From Eledone cirrhosa (Eukaryota): DNA of 64,000 bases. Under the pieces are notes generated by a model. It saw only the letters and a program-made list of their open reading frames with translations. It had not been told where the DNA came from and did no database searches. Position 1 is the stretch's first letter, and every line of letters begins with the position of its first letter. The translations under genes and the position numbers were made by a program. The stretch covers positions 16,492,001-16,556,000 of the forward strand of contig OZ024763.1 of the NCBI GenBank assembly GCA_964016885.1, written 5' to 3'. Positions 1 through 11,990 of this stretch are shown piece after piece.

Positions 1-179
1 TGAGCATTTGTGTACGTTTGTTTGTATATATGCATGTGTCAGTGTGTGTGTGTATGTATATACACACACACACACACACAGATATATACACCCTCACACA
101 CCTATATGAGAGGGTGTATATATACATTTGAATTTACAAACAAGTGTAAGATGTCCTCAAAACAGAAGTATTAATCTAA

Positions 180-1060
180 ACACCACTACCACCACTACAA
201 CAGCAGCAACACTACCACTACAACAGCAGCAACACTGCCACTACTACAACAACACTACCACTACAACAACAACCACACTACCACTATTACCACTACAACA
301 ACAACACTACCACTATTACCACTACAACAACAACACTACCACTATTACCACAACAACAATACCACCACTACAACAACAACACTACCACTATTACCACTAC
401 AACAACAACACCATCACTACAACAACAACACTACCACTATTACCACTACAACAATACCACCACTACAACAACAACACTACCACTATTACCACTACAACAA
501 CAACACTACCACTATTACCACAACAACAATACCACCACTACAACAACAACACTACCACTATTACCACTACAACAACAACACCATCACTACAACAACCACA
601 CTACCACTATTGCCACTACACTACCACTACAACAACAACAACACTACCACTACTACCACTACAACACTACCACTACGACAACAACAACACTACCACTACT
701 ACCACTACTACCACTACAACAACAACAACACTATTACCACTACAACAACAACACTACCACTACAACAACAACACTACCACTACAACACTACCACTACTAC
801 CACTACAACAACACTACCACCACCAACAACACCACTCCCACCGCCACCAACAACAACACCACTCCCACCGCCACCAACAACAACACTAACACCAACAACA
901 ACACTACCACCAACACCAACAACAATACCACCACCACTCACTGCCACCAACACCTACAACTGTACCGCCACCAACACCTACAACACTACCACCACCTACA
1001 ACACCAACACCACCAACAACACCACTACTACCACCACTACCAACAACAACACCACTACCC
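180..1060. repeat. Compound (CAA/CAC/CTA)n trinucleotide low-complexity tract
   Basis: Mixed caa/cac/cta triplets with recurring 'ctaccactattaccactacaacaac'. The poly-T/Q/H ORFs here are artefacts. Confidence 0.95.
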
Positions 1061-1309
1061 TCCCAAATACCCACCCATGGGCCAATGTGTGTATATATAT
1101 ATACATATATTGAAAGTGTGAAGAATAACATGGCCAACAGGTACAAAAAAGTGTTTTATTTACAGTATTAACAATTGTTTCACTGATTAAGTTGTCTAAA
1201 AATTGCTGAACACTTGCAGCTGTGCCACTCAATTTTAAACACGTTGTTAGCTTAACCAGATCATCAGAGAAACTGTTAAAATATGTTCAGTTTACGAATT
1301 TGAATTCCT

Positions 1310-4300
1310 CTCCCTTCTAAATCTCCTGTTTCTACAGGGTTTCAAGTCCCTACCAAATCTCCTGCCACTGCAGAATCTTTTGTATCTTTTCTAAATCACC
1401 TGTTTCTGCAGGGTTTCCAGTTCATGTAGTGTCTCTAGTCCCTACTAAATCTCCTGTTCATGTAGGGTCTCTAGTCCCTACTAAATCTCCTGTTCATGTA
1501 GGGTCTCTAGTCCCTTCTAAATCTCCAGTTCATGTAGGGTCTCTAGTCCCTTCTAAATGTCCAGTTTCAGCAGGGTCTCTAACCCCTTCTAAATGTCCAG
1601 TCCTAACTAAACCTCCTATCCCTTCTAAACCTCCTGTCCCTTCTAAATCTTGTGTTTCTCTAGGGTCTCTTGTCAATTTTAAGTCTCCTGTTTCTGCAGG
1701 GTTTCTAGTCCTTTTTAAACTTTCACCCACTTCTAAACCTCCAGCTCCTGAAAAGTGTCCTGTTTCTGTAGGGTCGCTAGATCCTTCTAAATCTCCTCTC
1801 CCTGTAGAGTCTCTTGCTCCTTCTAAATCTCTTCTCTCCCTTCTAAATCTCCTTTCCCTAGGGTTTCTAGATCCTTCTAAATCTCCTCTCCTTACAAGGT
1901 CTCTTGTGCCCCCTAAACCTCCTCTCCCTACAAAGTCTTAGATCCTTCTAAATCTCTGCTCCCTACAGGTTCTCTAGTCCCTTCTAAATCTCCTCCCCCT
2001 ATAGGGTATCTTGTCCCTTCTAAATATCCTCTCCCTACAAAGTCTCTTGTCCCTACTAAACCTCCTCTCTCTATAGGGTCTCTTGTCCCCTTTAAATCCC
2101 TCTCCCTACTAAATCTCAGTCTCTGCAAAGTCTCCTGTTTCTGTAATTCTAGTCCCTACTAAATCTACAATCCCTACAGGGTCTCTTATCACTACTAAAC
2201 CTCCTCTCCCTACAGGGTCTCTTATCCCTACTAAACCTCCTCTCCCTACAGGGTCTCTTATCCCTACTAAACCTCCTCTCCCTACAGGGTCTCTTATCCC
2301 TACTAAACCTCCTCTCCCTACAGTCTCTTATCCCTACTAAACCTCCTCTACCTACAGGGTCTCTTATCCCTTCTAAACCCCCTCTCCCTACAGGGTCTCT
2401 TATCCCCACTAATCCTCCTCTCCTTACAGGGTCTCTTATCCCTACTAATCCTCCTCTCCTTACAGGGTCTCTTATCCCCACTAAACCTCCTCTCCCTACA
2501 GGGTCTCTTATCCCCACTAATCCTCCTCTCCTTACAGGGTCTCTTATCCCTACTAATCCTCCTCTCCTTACAGGGTCTCTTATCCCTACTAATCCTCCTC
2601 TCCTTACAGGGTCTCTTATCCCTACTAATCCTCCTCTCCCTACAGGGTCTCTTATCCCCACTAATCCTCCTCTCCCTACAGGGTCTCCTATCCCTTCTAA
2701 ACCTCCTCTCCCTACAGGGTCTCTTATCCCTTCTAAACCTCCTCTCCCTACAGGGTCTCTTATCCCCACTAATCCTCCTCTCCCTACAGGGTCTCCTATC
2801 CCTTCTAAACCTCCTCTCCCTACAGGGTCTCTTATCCCTTCTAAACCTCCTCTCCCTACAGGGTCTCTTATCCCTTCTAAACCTCTCCCTACAGAGTCTC
2901 TTATCCCTTCTAAACCTCCTCTCCCTACAGAGTCTCTTATCCCTTCTAAACCTCCTCTCCCTACAGAGTCTCTTATCCCTTCTAAACCCCCTCTCCCTAC
3001 AGAGTCTCTTATCCCTTCTAAACCCCCTCTCCCTACAGAGTCTCTTATCCCTTCTAAACCCCCTCTCCCTACAGAGTCTCTTATCCCTTCTAAACCTCCT
3101 CTCCCTACAGAGTCTCTTATCCCTTCTAAACCCCCTCTCCCTACAGAGTCTCTTATCCCTTCTAAACCTCCTCTCCCTACAGAGTCTCTTATCCCTTCTA
3201 AACCTCCTCTCCCTACAGGGTCTCTTATCCCTTCTAAACCTCCTCTCCCTACAGGGTCTCTTATCCCTTCTAAACCTCCTCTCCCTACAGGGTCTCTTAT
3301 CCCTTCTAAACCTCTCCCTACAGAGTCTCTTATCCCCACTAATCCTCCTCTCCCTACAGGGTCTCCTATCCCTTCTAAACCTCCTCTCCCTACAGGGTCT
3401 TTTATCCCTTCTAAACCTCCTCTCCCTACAGGGTCTCTTATCCCTTCTAAACCTCCTCTCCCTACAGGGTCTCTTATCCCTTCTAAACCTCTCCCTACAG
3501 AGTCTCTTATCCCCACTAATCCTCCTCTCCCTACAGGGTCTCCTATCCCTTCTAAACCTCCTCTCCCTACAGGGTCTCCTATCCCTTCTAAACCTCCTCT
3601 CCCTACAGGGTCTTTTATCCCTTCTAAACCTCCTCTCCCTACAGGGTCTCTTATCCCTTCTAAACCTCTCCCTACAGAGTCTCTTATCCCCACTAATCCT
3701 CCTCTCCCTACAGGGTCTCCTATCCCTTCTAAACCTCCTCTCCCTACAGGGTCTCTTATCCCTTCTAAACCTCCTCTCCCTACAGGGTCTCTTATCCCTT
3801 CTAAACCTCCTCTCCCTACAGGGTCTCTTATCCCTTCTAAACCTCTCCCTACAGAGTCTCTTATCCCTTCTAAACCTCCTCTCCCTACAGGGTCTCTTAT
3901 CCCAACTAAACCTCCTCTCCCTACAGGGTCTCCTATCCCTTCTAAACCTCTCCCTACAGAGTCTCTTATCCCTTCTAAACCTCCTCTCCCTACAGGGTCT
4001 CTTATCCCTACTAATCCTCCTCTCCCTACAGGGTCTCTTATCCCTTCTAAACCTCCTCTCCCTACAGGGTCTCTTATCCCAACTAAACCTCCTCTCCCTA
4101 CAGGGTCTCCTATCCCTTCTAAACCTCCTCTCCCTACAGGGTCTCTTATCCCTTCTAAACCTCCTCTCCCTACAGGGTCTCTTATCCCTACTAATCCTCC
4201 TCTCCCTACAGGGTCTCTTATCCCTTCTAAACCTCCTCTCCCTACAGGGTCTCTTATCCCTACTAAACCTCCTCTCCCTACAGGGTCTCCTATCCCTTCT

Positions 4301-6380
4301 AAACCTCCTCTCCCTACAGGGTCTCTTATCCCTACTAATCCTCCTCTCCCTACAGGGTCTCCTATCCCTTCTAAACCTCCTCTCCCTACAGGGTCTCTTA
4401 TCCCAACTAAACCTCCTCTCCCTACAGGGTCTCTTATCCCTACTAATCCTCCTCTCCCTACAGGGTCTCCTATCCCTTCTAAACCTCCTCTCCCTACAGG
4501 ATCTCTTATCCCAACTAAACCTCCTCTCCCTACAGGGTCTCTTATCCCTTCTAAACCTCCTCTCCCTACAGGGTCTCTTATCCCTACTAAACCTCCTCTC
4601 CCTACAGGGTCTCTTATCCCAACTAAACCTCCTCTCCCTACAGGGTCTCTTATCCCTACTAATCCTCCTCTCCCTACAGGGTCTCTTATCCCCACTAATC
4701 CTCCTCTCCCTACAGGGTCTCTTATCCCTACTAATCCTCCTCTCCCTACAGGGTCTCTTATCCCTACTAATCCTCCTCTCCCTACCGGGTCTCTTATCCC
4801 TACTAATCCTCCTCTCCCTACAGGGTCCCTTATCCCCACTAATCCTCCTCTCCCTACAGGGTCTCTTATCCCTACTAATCCTCCTCTCCCTACAGGGTCT
4901 CTTATCCCTACTAATCCTCCTCTCCCTACAGGGTCTCTTATCCCTACTAATCCTCCTCTCCCTACAGGGTCTCTTATCCCTACTAATCCTCCTCTCCCTA
5001 CAGGGTCTCTTATCCCTACTAATCCTCCTCTCCCTACAGGGTCTCTTATCCCTACTAATCCTCCTCTCCCTACAGGGTCTCTTATCCCCACTAATCCTCC
5101 TCTCCCTACAGGGTCTCTTATCCCTACTAATCCTCCTCTCCCTACAGGGTCCCTTATCCCCACTAATCCTCCTCTCCCTACAGGGTCTCTTATCCCTACT
5201 AAACCTCCTCTCCCTACAGGGTCTCTTATCCCTACTAATCCTCCTCTCCCTACAGGGTCCCTTATCCCTACTAATCCTCCTCTCCCTACCGGGTCTCTTA
5301 TCCCTACTAATCCTCCTCTCCCTACAGGGTCCCTTATCCCTACTAATCCTCCTCTCCCTACCGGGTCTCTTATCCCTACTAATCCTCCTCTCCCTACAGG
5401 GTCTCTTATCCCTACTAATCCTCCTCTCCCTACAGGGTCTCTTATCCCTACTAAACCTCCTCTCCCTACAGGGTCTCTTATCCCTTCTAAACCTCCTCTC
5501 CCTACAGGGTCTCTTATCCCTTCTAAACCTCCTCTCCCTACAGTCTCTTATCCCTACTAAACCTCCTCTCCCTACAGGGTCTCTTATCCCTACTAAACTT
5601 CCTCTCCCTACAGGGTTTCCTATCCCTTCTAAACCTCCTCTCCCTACAGGGTCTCCTATCCCTACTAATCCTCCTCTCCCTACAGGGTCTCTTATCTCTA
5701 CTAAACTTCCTCTCCCTACAGAGTCTCTTATCCCTTCTAAACCTCCTCTCCCTACAGGGTCTCTTATCCCTACTAATCCTCCTCTCCCTACAGGGTCTCC
5801 TATCCCTACTAATCCTCCTCTCCCTACAGTCTCTTATCCCTTCTAAACCTCCTCTCCCTAAAGTCTCTTATCCCGACTAAACCTCCTCTCCCTACAGGGT
5901 CTCTTATCCCTTCTAAACCTCCTCTCCCTACAGGGTCTCTTATCCCGACTAAACCTCCTCTCCCTACAGGGTCTCTTATCCCGACTAAACCTCCTCTCCC
6001 TACAGGGTCTCTTATCCCTTCTAAACCTCCTCTCCCTACAGGGTCTCTTATCCCGACTAAACCTCCTCTCCCTACAGGGTCTCTTATCCCTTCTAAACGT
6101 CCTCTCCCTACAGGGTCTCTAATCCCTTCTAAACTTCCTCTCCCTACAGTCTCTTATCCCGACTAAACCTCCTCTCCCTACAAGGTCTCTTATCCCTTCT
6201 AAACCTCCTCTCCCTACAGGGTCTCATCCCTTCTAAACCTCCTCTCCCTACAGGGTCTCTTATCCCTTCTAAACGTCCTCTCCCTACAGGGTCTCTAATC
6301 CCTTCTAAACTTCCTCTCCCTACAGGGTCTCTTATCCCTTCTAAATCTCCTCTACCTGCAGGGTCTCCCATCTCTGCAGA
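1310..6380. repeat. ~5 kb minisatellite, 36-bp unit (ccttctaaacctcctctccctacagggtctcttatc), with 33- and 34-bp variants
   Basis: Near-identical units ~2170-6340, a long degenerate left flank (1310-2170) and a short degenerate right edge. Strong purine/pyrimidine strand asymmetry. Confidence 0.97.
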
Positions 6381-6619
6381 GTGTTTCATTCCTATGAGGG
6401 TCCATCAAGATCTCTGGGGTTCCCTAAAACAAGCCCTAACCTCTGTTAGGGCCCAATTCTCTAAAAAAAAAAAAAAAGATCCTTGATAAAATTATAATTT
6501 TCTCTGTGGCAACACTTCTGGCAATCTGCCTAAAATAGTAATTCAGTAATTACATTGTATATCATATAAGTTCATTTCAGACTAACGAGACAACTAATTA
6601 ATTGAGGTGGCAGCAGGGG

Positions 6620-7625
6620 AAGAGGAAGGGGTGAGGGTGGCAGCTGGACAGTGGGGGTGGAGTAGGAGTGTGGTGGGTGGTGGCTGAGCCGTGTTGGTGG
6701 AGTGGGGGTGTGGGGGGTGGCTGAGTAGCGTTGGTGGAGTGTGGTGTGGTGGGGAGCTGCGTTGGTTGAGTGGGAGTGTAGGTGTGGTGGGGAGCTGTGC
6801 TGGTTGAGTGGAGGTGTGGGTGTGGTGGGGAGCTGTGCTGCTTGAGTGGGGGGCGTGGGTGTGGTGGGGAGCTGAGTAGTGTTGGAGTGTAGGTGTGGTG
6901 GGGAGCTGGGCTGTGTTGGTTGAGTGGGGGTGTGGTTGTGGTGGGGAGCTGTGTTGGTTGAGTGGGGGTGTGGTGGGGGGTGTGGTGGGGAGCTGTGTTG
7001 GTTGAGTGGGGGTGTGGTGGGGAGCTGTGTTGGTTGAGTGGGGGTGTGGTGGGGAGCTGTGTTGGTTGAGTGGGGGTGTGGTGGGGAGCTGTGTTGGTTG
7101 AGTGGGGGTGTGGTGGGGAGCTGTGTTGGTTGAGTGTGGGTGTGGTGGGGAGCTGAGCTGTGTTGGTTGAGTGGGGGTGTGGTGGGGAGCTGAGCTGTGT
7201 TGGTTGAGTGGGGGTGTGGTGGGCAGCTGTGTTGGTTGAATGGGGGTGTGGTGGGGAGCTGCGTTGGTTGAGTGTGGGTGTGGGTGTGGTGGGGAGCTGT
7301 GTTGGTTGAGTGGGTGTGTGGGTGTGGTGGGGAGCTGTGTTGGTTGAGTGGGGGTGTGGGTGTGGTGGGGAACTGTGTTGGTTGAGTGGGGGTGTGGGTG
7401 TGGTGGGGAGCTGTGTTGGTTGAGTGGGGGTGTGGGTGTGGTGGGGAACTGTGTTGGTTGAGTGGGGGTGTGGGTGTGGTGGGGAGCTGTGTTGGTTGAG
7501 TGGGGTGTGGGTGTGGTGGGGAACTGTGTTGGTTGAGTGGGGGGCGGGATGCAGGTGGTGGCTGAGCAGTGTTGGTGGAGTGGGGCTATTATTGGCGGGG
7601 GTGGGTTTGTAGAGGTGTGGGGGAG
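6620..7625. repeat. G-rich minisatellite, ~30-36-bp unit (gtgtggtggggagctgtgttggttgagtgggg)
   Basis: Tandem units with G4-G5 runs; potential G-quadruplex former (inference). Confidence 0.9.
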
Positions 7626-7779
7626 GCTGAAAATATATAATGGTTTTTTTTTTTAATGTTTTTGTTGTCTTTTTGTTGTTTTATTTTGTTTTTTGTTTTT
7701 AATAATTGTTGTTTTATTTGTTGTTGTTGTTGCTTTTTTTTGCATAATTAGTGTAGTTATATTTTGATGACTAGATCAA

Positions 7780-8440
7780 TGTGTGTGTGTGGTGATGTCT
7801 GTGTGTGTTTGTATGTCTGTGTGTGTGTGTGTGGTGATGTGTGTGTGTGTTTGTTTGTATGTGTGTGTGGGTGTGTGTGGTGATGTCTGTGTGTTTGTAT
7901 GTCTGTGTGTGTTTGTATGTGTGTGTGTATGTGTTGATGTGTGTTGATGTGTGTGTGTTGTGTGTGTGTGTGTGTTGATGTGTGTGTGTTGATGTGTGCG
8001 TTTGAATGTTGATGTGTGTGTGTGTGTCTGTTTGTGCATGTGTGTCGATGTGTTTGTGTATATATCCCAATGTGTGTGTGACTATATGTAATATGTGTGT
8101 GTTGCTGTGTATGTGTGTTGGTGTGTGTATGTCAGTGTGTATGTGTGTAGATGGATTTGTGTGTGTATGTCAATGCGTGTGTCTATATGTGGTGTGTGTG
8201 TGTAAGTAGATATATGTATGTGTATATATGTGTGTCAGTAGGTATATGTATGTGTACATGTGTGTGTAAGTAGGTATATGTATGAGTAATTATATATGTA
8301 TGAGTACATATATGTGTGAGTACATATGTGTGTGAGTACATATATGTGTGAGTACATATGTGTGTGCGAGGATGTTTATATCTGTATGTTCATAATTGTG
8401 TGTATGAATGTGTATGTGTGTGATTATTTGTCTGTATATA
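7780..8440. repeat. Degenerate (TG)n/(TA)n microsatellite
   Basis: Read directly from sequence. Confidence 0.9.
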
Positions 8441-8844
8441 TATCTTTGTCTAGACCACGAGAAGATTAAAAGGGATGTGTGTAAGCAATGCCCTGGTGTG
8501 TCTCTCGAAACGATCGGTGTCTCCATTGAATTGGTGGGCCTTGAGTGTGGAAAGAATTGCTTAAGAATTGCTTAAGAATTGCTTAAGCAGCCTCACTCAC
8601 AGCCAAAGAGAACCAGTGAACTATGATCTCCACGGTATTGTGAAGGTTCACAGGCAACCTGATGCAAGCAAGAACTGAGGCCAGGGAGGTCCATAGTTGT
8701 CGTCAGTGTGTGAAGGAGTGCAAGTCTCTAGCAGGCTTGAAAAGCCATATCCGAGTGTCACACATCTGAATCTGACAAGCGATTGCAATACTCTTAGTGT
8801 AAGTTTGCAGCAAACATGTGTGTGTGTATGTATGTATGTATGTA

Positions 8845-9000
8845 CTCAGCTGAAAGTGAGTACCAGCAATAGCTGGAGGTTTAACCCTGCGATGGACTGG
8901 CGTCCTGTCCAGGAGAGAGTCTTGTACTCTCAGTCGCTTCACGCCATGAAACCAGGATAAGCACCGGCCAAATGAGCCTTCTGGCTTAAGACAAACTTTT
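8845..9000 (+). mobile_element. SINE 3' part with V-domain-like core
   Basis: 'aaccctgcgatggactggcgtcctgtccagg' resembles the V-SINE domain (recalled). Shares 'ccttctggcttaagaca' with the SINE at 34759. Confidence 0.65.
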
Positions 9001-9029
9001 TTAATATATGTATGTATATATATATGTAT

Positions 9030-9650
9030 GTCAGGTCACCAGCTGGTGCTACTGGTAACATGTATCCCAGTACAACCTGTCCCATGGTCGGGTCGTTGGC
9101 GACTAAACTGGCAACCCCACCAAGGTTTCTTGGTGAGGGGGGTGACTTTGGACATCCTGCAGGACTAAAAACAAAATCTGTCAAAGGGAAAAGGAGCTCT
9201 TAAGAGTCAATGGCCATCCCAAATCACCGGGAGAGATGAAGCCTTAGTCTTTGTCAAGGCAGAATTCTAGAAGGAGGAAAACTCTGATATAACACCTGCA
9301 ACCCTGATGGTATCCAATGATGTTGACTTGTTCTTCTTTTTGGTAAATATCATCTTGGTTAAGAGAGTGGGACTGGCTTTGTGCAGTGCCTTTGCTCACT
9401 ATAAAAGCTCCACGGCACAGGCATTGCTTTTTATCTGGAGATCTCTCTGCACTTGTCGTCACATGGTACCATGGGCCCAGCACTATGTGTCAGTAATTGT
9501 CACAAGTGTAGTGTTTGTACCAGAGTTTTCAAGCTGCTGGCTGGACTAAAAAGTCACACTTGTTCAGGGCATCGGTAGGGGTTCTCCTACATGGATATAA
9601 AGTAGTGGCCAAACTCGAAAACGAGTTGGCAGCCACCATATATGTATGTA
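9030..9650 (+). mobile_element. Non-autonomous, internally deleted RTE-type element (5'UTR joined to 3' end)
   Basis: 'ggcagaattctagaaggaggaaaactctgatataacacc' resembles RTE 5'UTRs. HKCSVCTRVFKLLAGLKSH (~9501-9557) resembles the RTE C-terminal zinc finger. A terminal hairpin 'ccaaactcgaaaacgagttgg' precedes a tatg repeat. Confidence 0.5.
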
Positions 9651-9653
9651 TGT

Positions 9654-9950
9654 CTCTCTTTCTCTTAATTTTGAATACATTTTTGACTGGCCACCTTTCC
9701 GGTGGCAAGGTTGTAAAAGAAAAGAAATTATCATCCCTTGAATCGCAAGAATGTTTTGCAAATTTTGAAGGTGCCAGCTATCGCAGCCAATTGTAGACTA
9801 TGAATTAGGGAGCTGCGCTCTTTATCCACAAATCCAAGTTCAGTTATACTTTGGTCCAAGCGGGTTGGTATATAACCTGTAGCACCAATAATGATGGGTA
9901 TGAAGCTGAATGTGTATCTTGGATACTGGATCTGCAAACTCCTCATCAAT
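9654..9950 (-). mobile_element. 3' fragment of an RLE-type non-LTR retrotransposon (R4/Dong-like)
   Basis: ORF 9731-9949 IPIIIGATGYIP..L..LG...LQLAAIAGT.KICKTFL matches the C-terminus after the restriction-like endonuclease in R4/Dong-type elements. Confidence 0.6.
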
Positions 9951-10032
9951 GGTCCGTAGATGTCCTCCTTCTCTTGTATTTTTTTTTTACAACGTTGACA
10001 TCAAGTGGGCAGCTGCCCCCTACAACAGAGCA

Positions 10033-10071
<39 letters not shown>

Positions 10072-10407
10072 GTGTGTATGTATGTGATCATGCTTGAATG
10101 AATGTCTGTATGGTTGTATGGTTAGGAATGTGTGTGTATGCATATTACAATAAATGTATGCCTAAACATATCTGTATGCGTTTGTGTGAAAATGTGTGTG
10201 TTTTGAGTGAACATGTTTGTTTACATGTAGATATATTTGTATAAGTGTGTGTGTGTGTGTGTATGTGCATATGTGTGTGTGCGTGTGTGTATGTGTGTGC
10301 ATGAGTGTGTGTGTGTGCAAAGTTGTGTGTATGTAATTAATCCAAAGTACACTCGTTGTGGTGGGATTTAAGAATATAGAAATGTAATGAAGATCATTTT
10401 TCAAGTG

Positions 10408-10680
10408 TTGGTTCTCCAACAAAAAGCACCCAGTCTACCCTGTAAAGTGGTCATGCTGGTTCTCCAACAAAAAGCACCCAGTCTACCCTGTAAAGTGGTC
10501 ATGCTGGTTCTCCAACAAAAAGCACCCAGTCTACCCTGTAAAGTGGTCATGCTGGTTCTCCAACAAAAAGCACCCAGTCTACCCTGTAAAGTGGTCATGC
10601 TGGTTCTCCAACAAAAAGCACCCAGTCTACCCTGTAAAGTGGTCATGCTGGTTCTCCAACAAAAAGCACCCAGTCTACCT
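10408..10680. repeat. 48-bp minisatellite (~5.7 copies) related to an RTE 3'UTR motif
   Basis: Unit gttctccaacaaaaagcacccagtctaccctgtaaagtggtcatgctg. The core resembles the reverse complement of 16141-16171. Confidence 0.9.
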
Positions 10681-10729
10681 GGGTGAGTGTGTGTGAGGGG
10701 GGTTGGGGGGGGGGGGGTGTAGATGAATG

Positions 10730-11680
10730 CGGAGTGGTGGTGGCGGTGTTGTTCGTGATGGTAACTGTGCTGATGATGGTATCATGTAGTATTATTGGTG
10801 GTGGTTGTGGTGCTAATGGTAACGGTGGTGATGATGATTGTATCAGTGGAGGTGGTAGTGGTGGTGCTAGTGGTGGTGGTAGTGTTGGTGGTAGTGTTGG
10901 TGGTAGTGGTGGTGGTAGTGTTGGCGTTAGTGGTGGTGGTAGTGTTGGAGGTAGTGGTGGTGGAAGTTGTGGTGGTGGTAGTGGTGGTGGAAGTTGTGGT
11001 GGTAGTGTTGGTGGTAGTTGTGGTGGTAGTGGTGGTGTTAGTGTTGGCGGTAGTGGTGGTGGTAGTAGTGTTGGTGGTAGTGGTGGTGGTAGTTGTGGTG
11101 GTTGTGGTGGTAGTATTGGAGGTAGTGGTGGTGGTAGTGTTGGTGGTAATGGTGGTGGTAGTAGTGGTGGTAGTGTTGGTGGTAGTCTTAGTGATGTTGA
11201 GCATAAAAATATTTAACCAATCTAACCATGTCTCTCTCCCCTCCCTCTCCCCCATCCTATCTCTCTCCCTCTCTTTCACTCACTCCACTGCCCCACACTC
11301 TCTCCCTTCCCTCTTATTCTCTCTCTCTCCCTTCCCTCTTATTCTCTCTCTCTCATTCCTCTCCCTCTCTATCTGCCTCTCCATCTCTTATTCCTCTCCC
11401 TCTCTCTCCCCCTCTCCCTCCTTCCATCTTTCTTCCTCTCCACTCCTCTCCACTCCTCATCCTTCCCCCTCTCTTTCCTTTCTTCTTTCTCCCTCTCTCT
11501 TTCTCTCCCTCTCTTTCTCCCCCTCTCTTTCTCCCTCTCACACCCTCCCCTCATCCTTCTCCCCCCTCTCCCTCTTTCTCCACCTCTTTCTTTCTCACCC
11601 CTCTCCCTGCCCCCTCAGCCCCCCCCCCCCCCATTTTCCGCCACCCTCCCTCCCCTCTACTCTCCTCCCTCTCTCTCTAC
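10730..11680. repeat. (GGT/AGT)n tract followed by a (CT)n polypyrimidine tract
   Basis: ggt/agt repeats to ~11190, CT-rich from 11230 to 11680. Confidence 0.9.
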
Positions 11681-11829
11681 AAAGATGATAGAGAATTATT
11701 TTGGAACTAATTTACTTCGTTATCAGCCATAAATCTCCCCAACTAATGAAATGTCTGATAACGCTGATTACTGATAACTCTCACCAAATTGGAGAAACAA
11801 TTCCTTCCGATTCTCTTTCCTTCTTCCTT

Positions 11830-11990
11830 CATCATCATCATCATCATCGTTTAATGTCTATCTTCCATGCTAGCATGGGTTAGACGGGAGTTGTCCCACT
11901 TGAGGCAAGGTTGGTCGGGTGACCGTGTCTCGCCCGTATAGCACTATCTGGCAGGTGTTCTACGGCTGGATGCCCTTCCTAACACCAACC
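11830..11990 (-). mobile_element. RTE LINE 3' end with (GAT)n tail; hosts the 49-bp array
   Basis: (cat)n followed by 'cgtttaatgtc..ttccatgctagcatgggttagacgggagttgtcccacttgaggcaagg', nearly identical to ~17985-18130. Confidence 0.85.

Noticed and set aside
2149-5163. 1004-aa Gly/Arg-rich 'collagen-like' ORF
   Set aside because: Translation of a 36-bp minisatellite. It has no ATG start, no Gly-X-Y period, frameshifting units and stops in the degenerate flank.
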